Assembly: GCF_006345805.1 (NCBI RefSeq)
Contig: NC_042997.1
Coordinates: 20,956,001-21,020,000, forward strand
DNA length: 64,000 nt
Origin: Octopus sinensis
Lineage: Eukaryota
Direction of reading: 5' to 3'
Below the pieces are notes generated by a model. That model was not told the DNA's origin and ran no database searches. It saw only the letters and a program-made list of their open reading frames with translations. Of this stretch, positions 63,802 to 64,000 are shown piece by piece. The position numbers and the translations under genes were made by a program. How positions within the stretch are numbered: position 1 is the stretch's first letter; every line of letters starts with the position of its first letter.

Positions 63802-63999
63802 TTGAGAAAAAGAAGTCGTCAGAATTTTGGAATTAAAACACCTTTTATTTCTTCATTATTATTAGCGCTTTCGTTTCTCTCTAGGACTTTTCAAATACAG
63901 TTTTGTGTTTGACAAGTTCTAGAGAGGAACAAAAGCGCTAATAATATTGAAGAAATAAAAGAATTTTTTTCCCAAATTCTGATGACTTCTTTTTCTCAA
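63802..63999. repeat. Imperfect ~198-nt fold-back (arms ~63802-63898 / 63905-63999)
   Basis: The arms pair along nearly their whole length with scattered mismatches around a 6-nt loop. It follows a (TA)/(TATG) tract and may continue past the window end. Confidence 0.85.
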
Positions 64000-64000
64000 C

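Noticed and set aside
63935-63995. Type III hammerhead using CTGATGA at ~63979
   Set aside because: There is no stem I pairing between the preceding UA site and the core, and no GAAA within the window.

Overview
This is an AT-rich, repeat-dense animal genomic window. It looks intronic or intergenic, and I could not identify any intact, nameable protein-coding gene. The SINE families and microsatellite load resemble what I recall of Octopus/coleoid cephalopod genomes; that is recollection, not a database result. The repeat content is: (i) decayed RTE and R4/Dong-like (RLE) non-LTR retrotransposons, including one near-full-length R4/Dong-like copy at ~38957-43400; (ii) three tRNA-headed SINE families (called B, C and D here), many 5'-truncated RTE 3'UTR tails (family A) and a ~550-bp non-tRNA retroposon (family E); (iii) IS630-Tc1-mariner remnants of the DD37E/TRT, DD34D mariner, DD37D/maT and Tigger-like MITE types; (iv) many simple repeats; (v) several small candidate exons on both strands that I cannot assign to a known protein. 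The most interesting signal is a recurring set of small non-coding elements carrying minimal type I hammerhead ribozyme (HHR) motifs, mostly next to (TA)n tracts and with direct or inverted terminal duplications, plus a Penelope-type GIY-YIG endonuclease remnant. These include a perfect 200-bp + 200-bp palindrome with one complete HHR core on each strand (62159-62568) and a TSD-flanked 1.45-mer of a 361-nt HHR unit with a compensatory U3:A8 core (23049-23616). Together they suggest retrozyme-like or Penelope-mobilised self-cleaving, possibly circular, RNAs. Element boundaries are approximate unless TSD or TIR coordinates are given.
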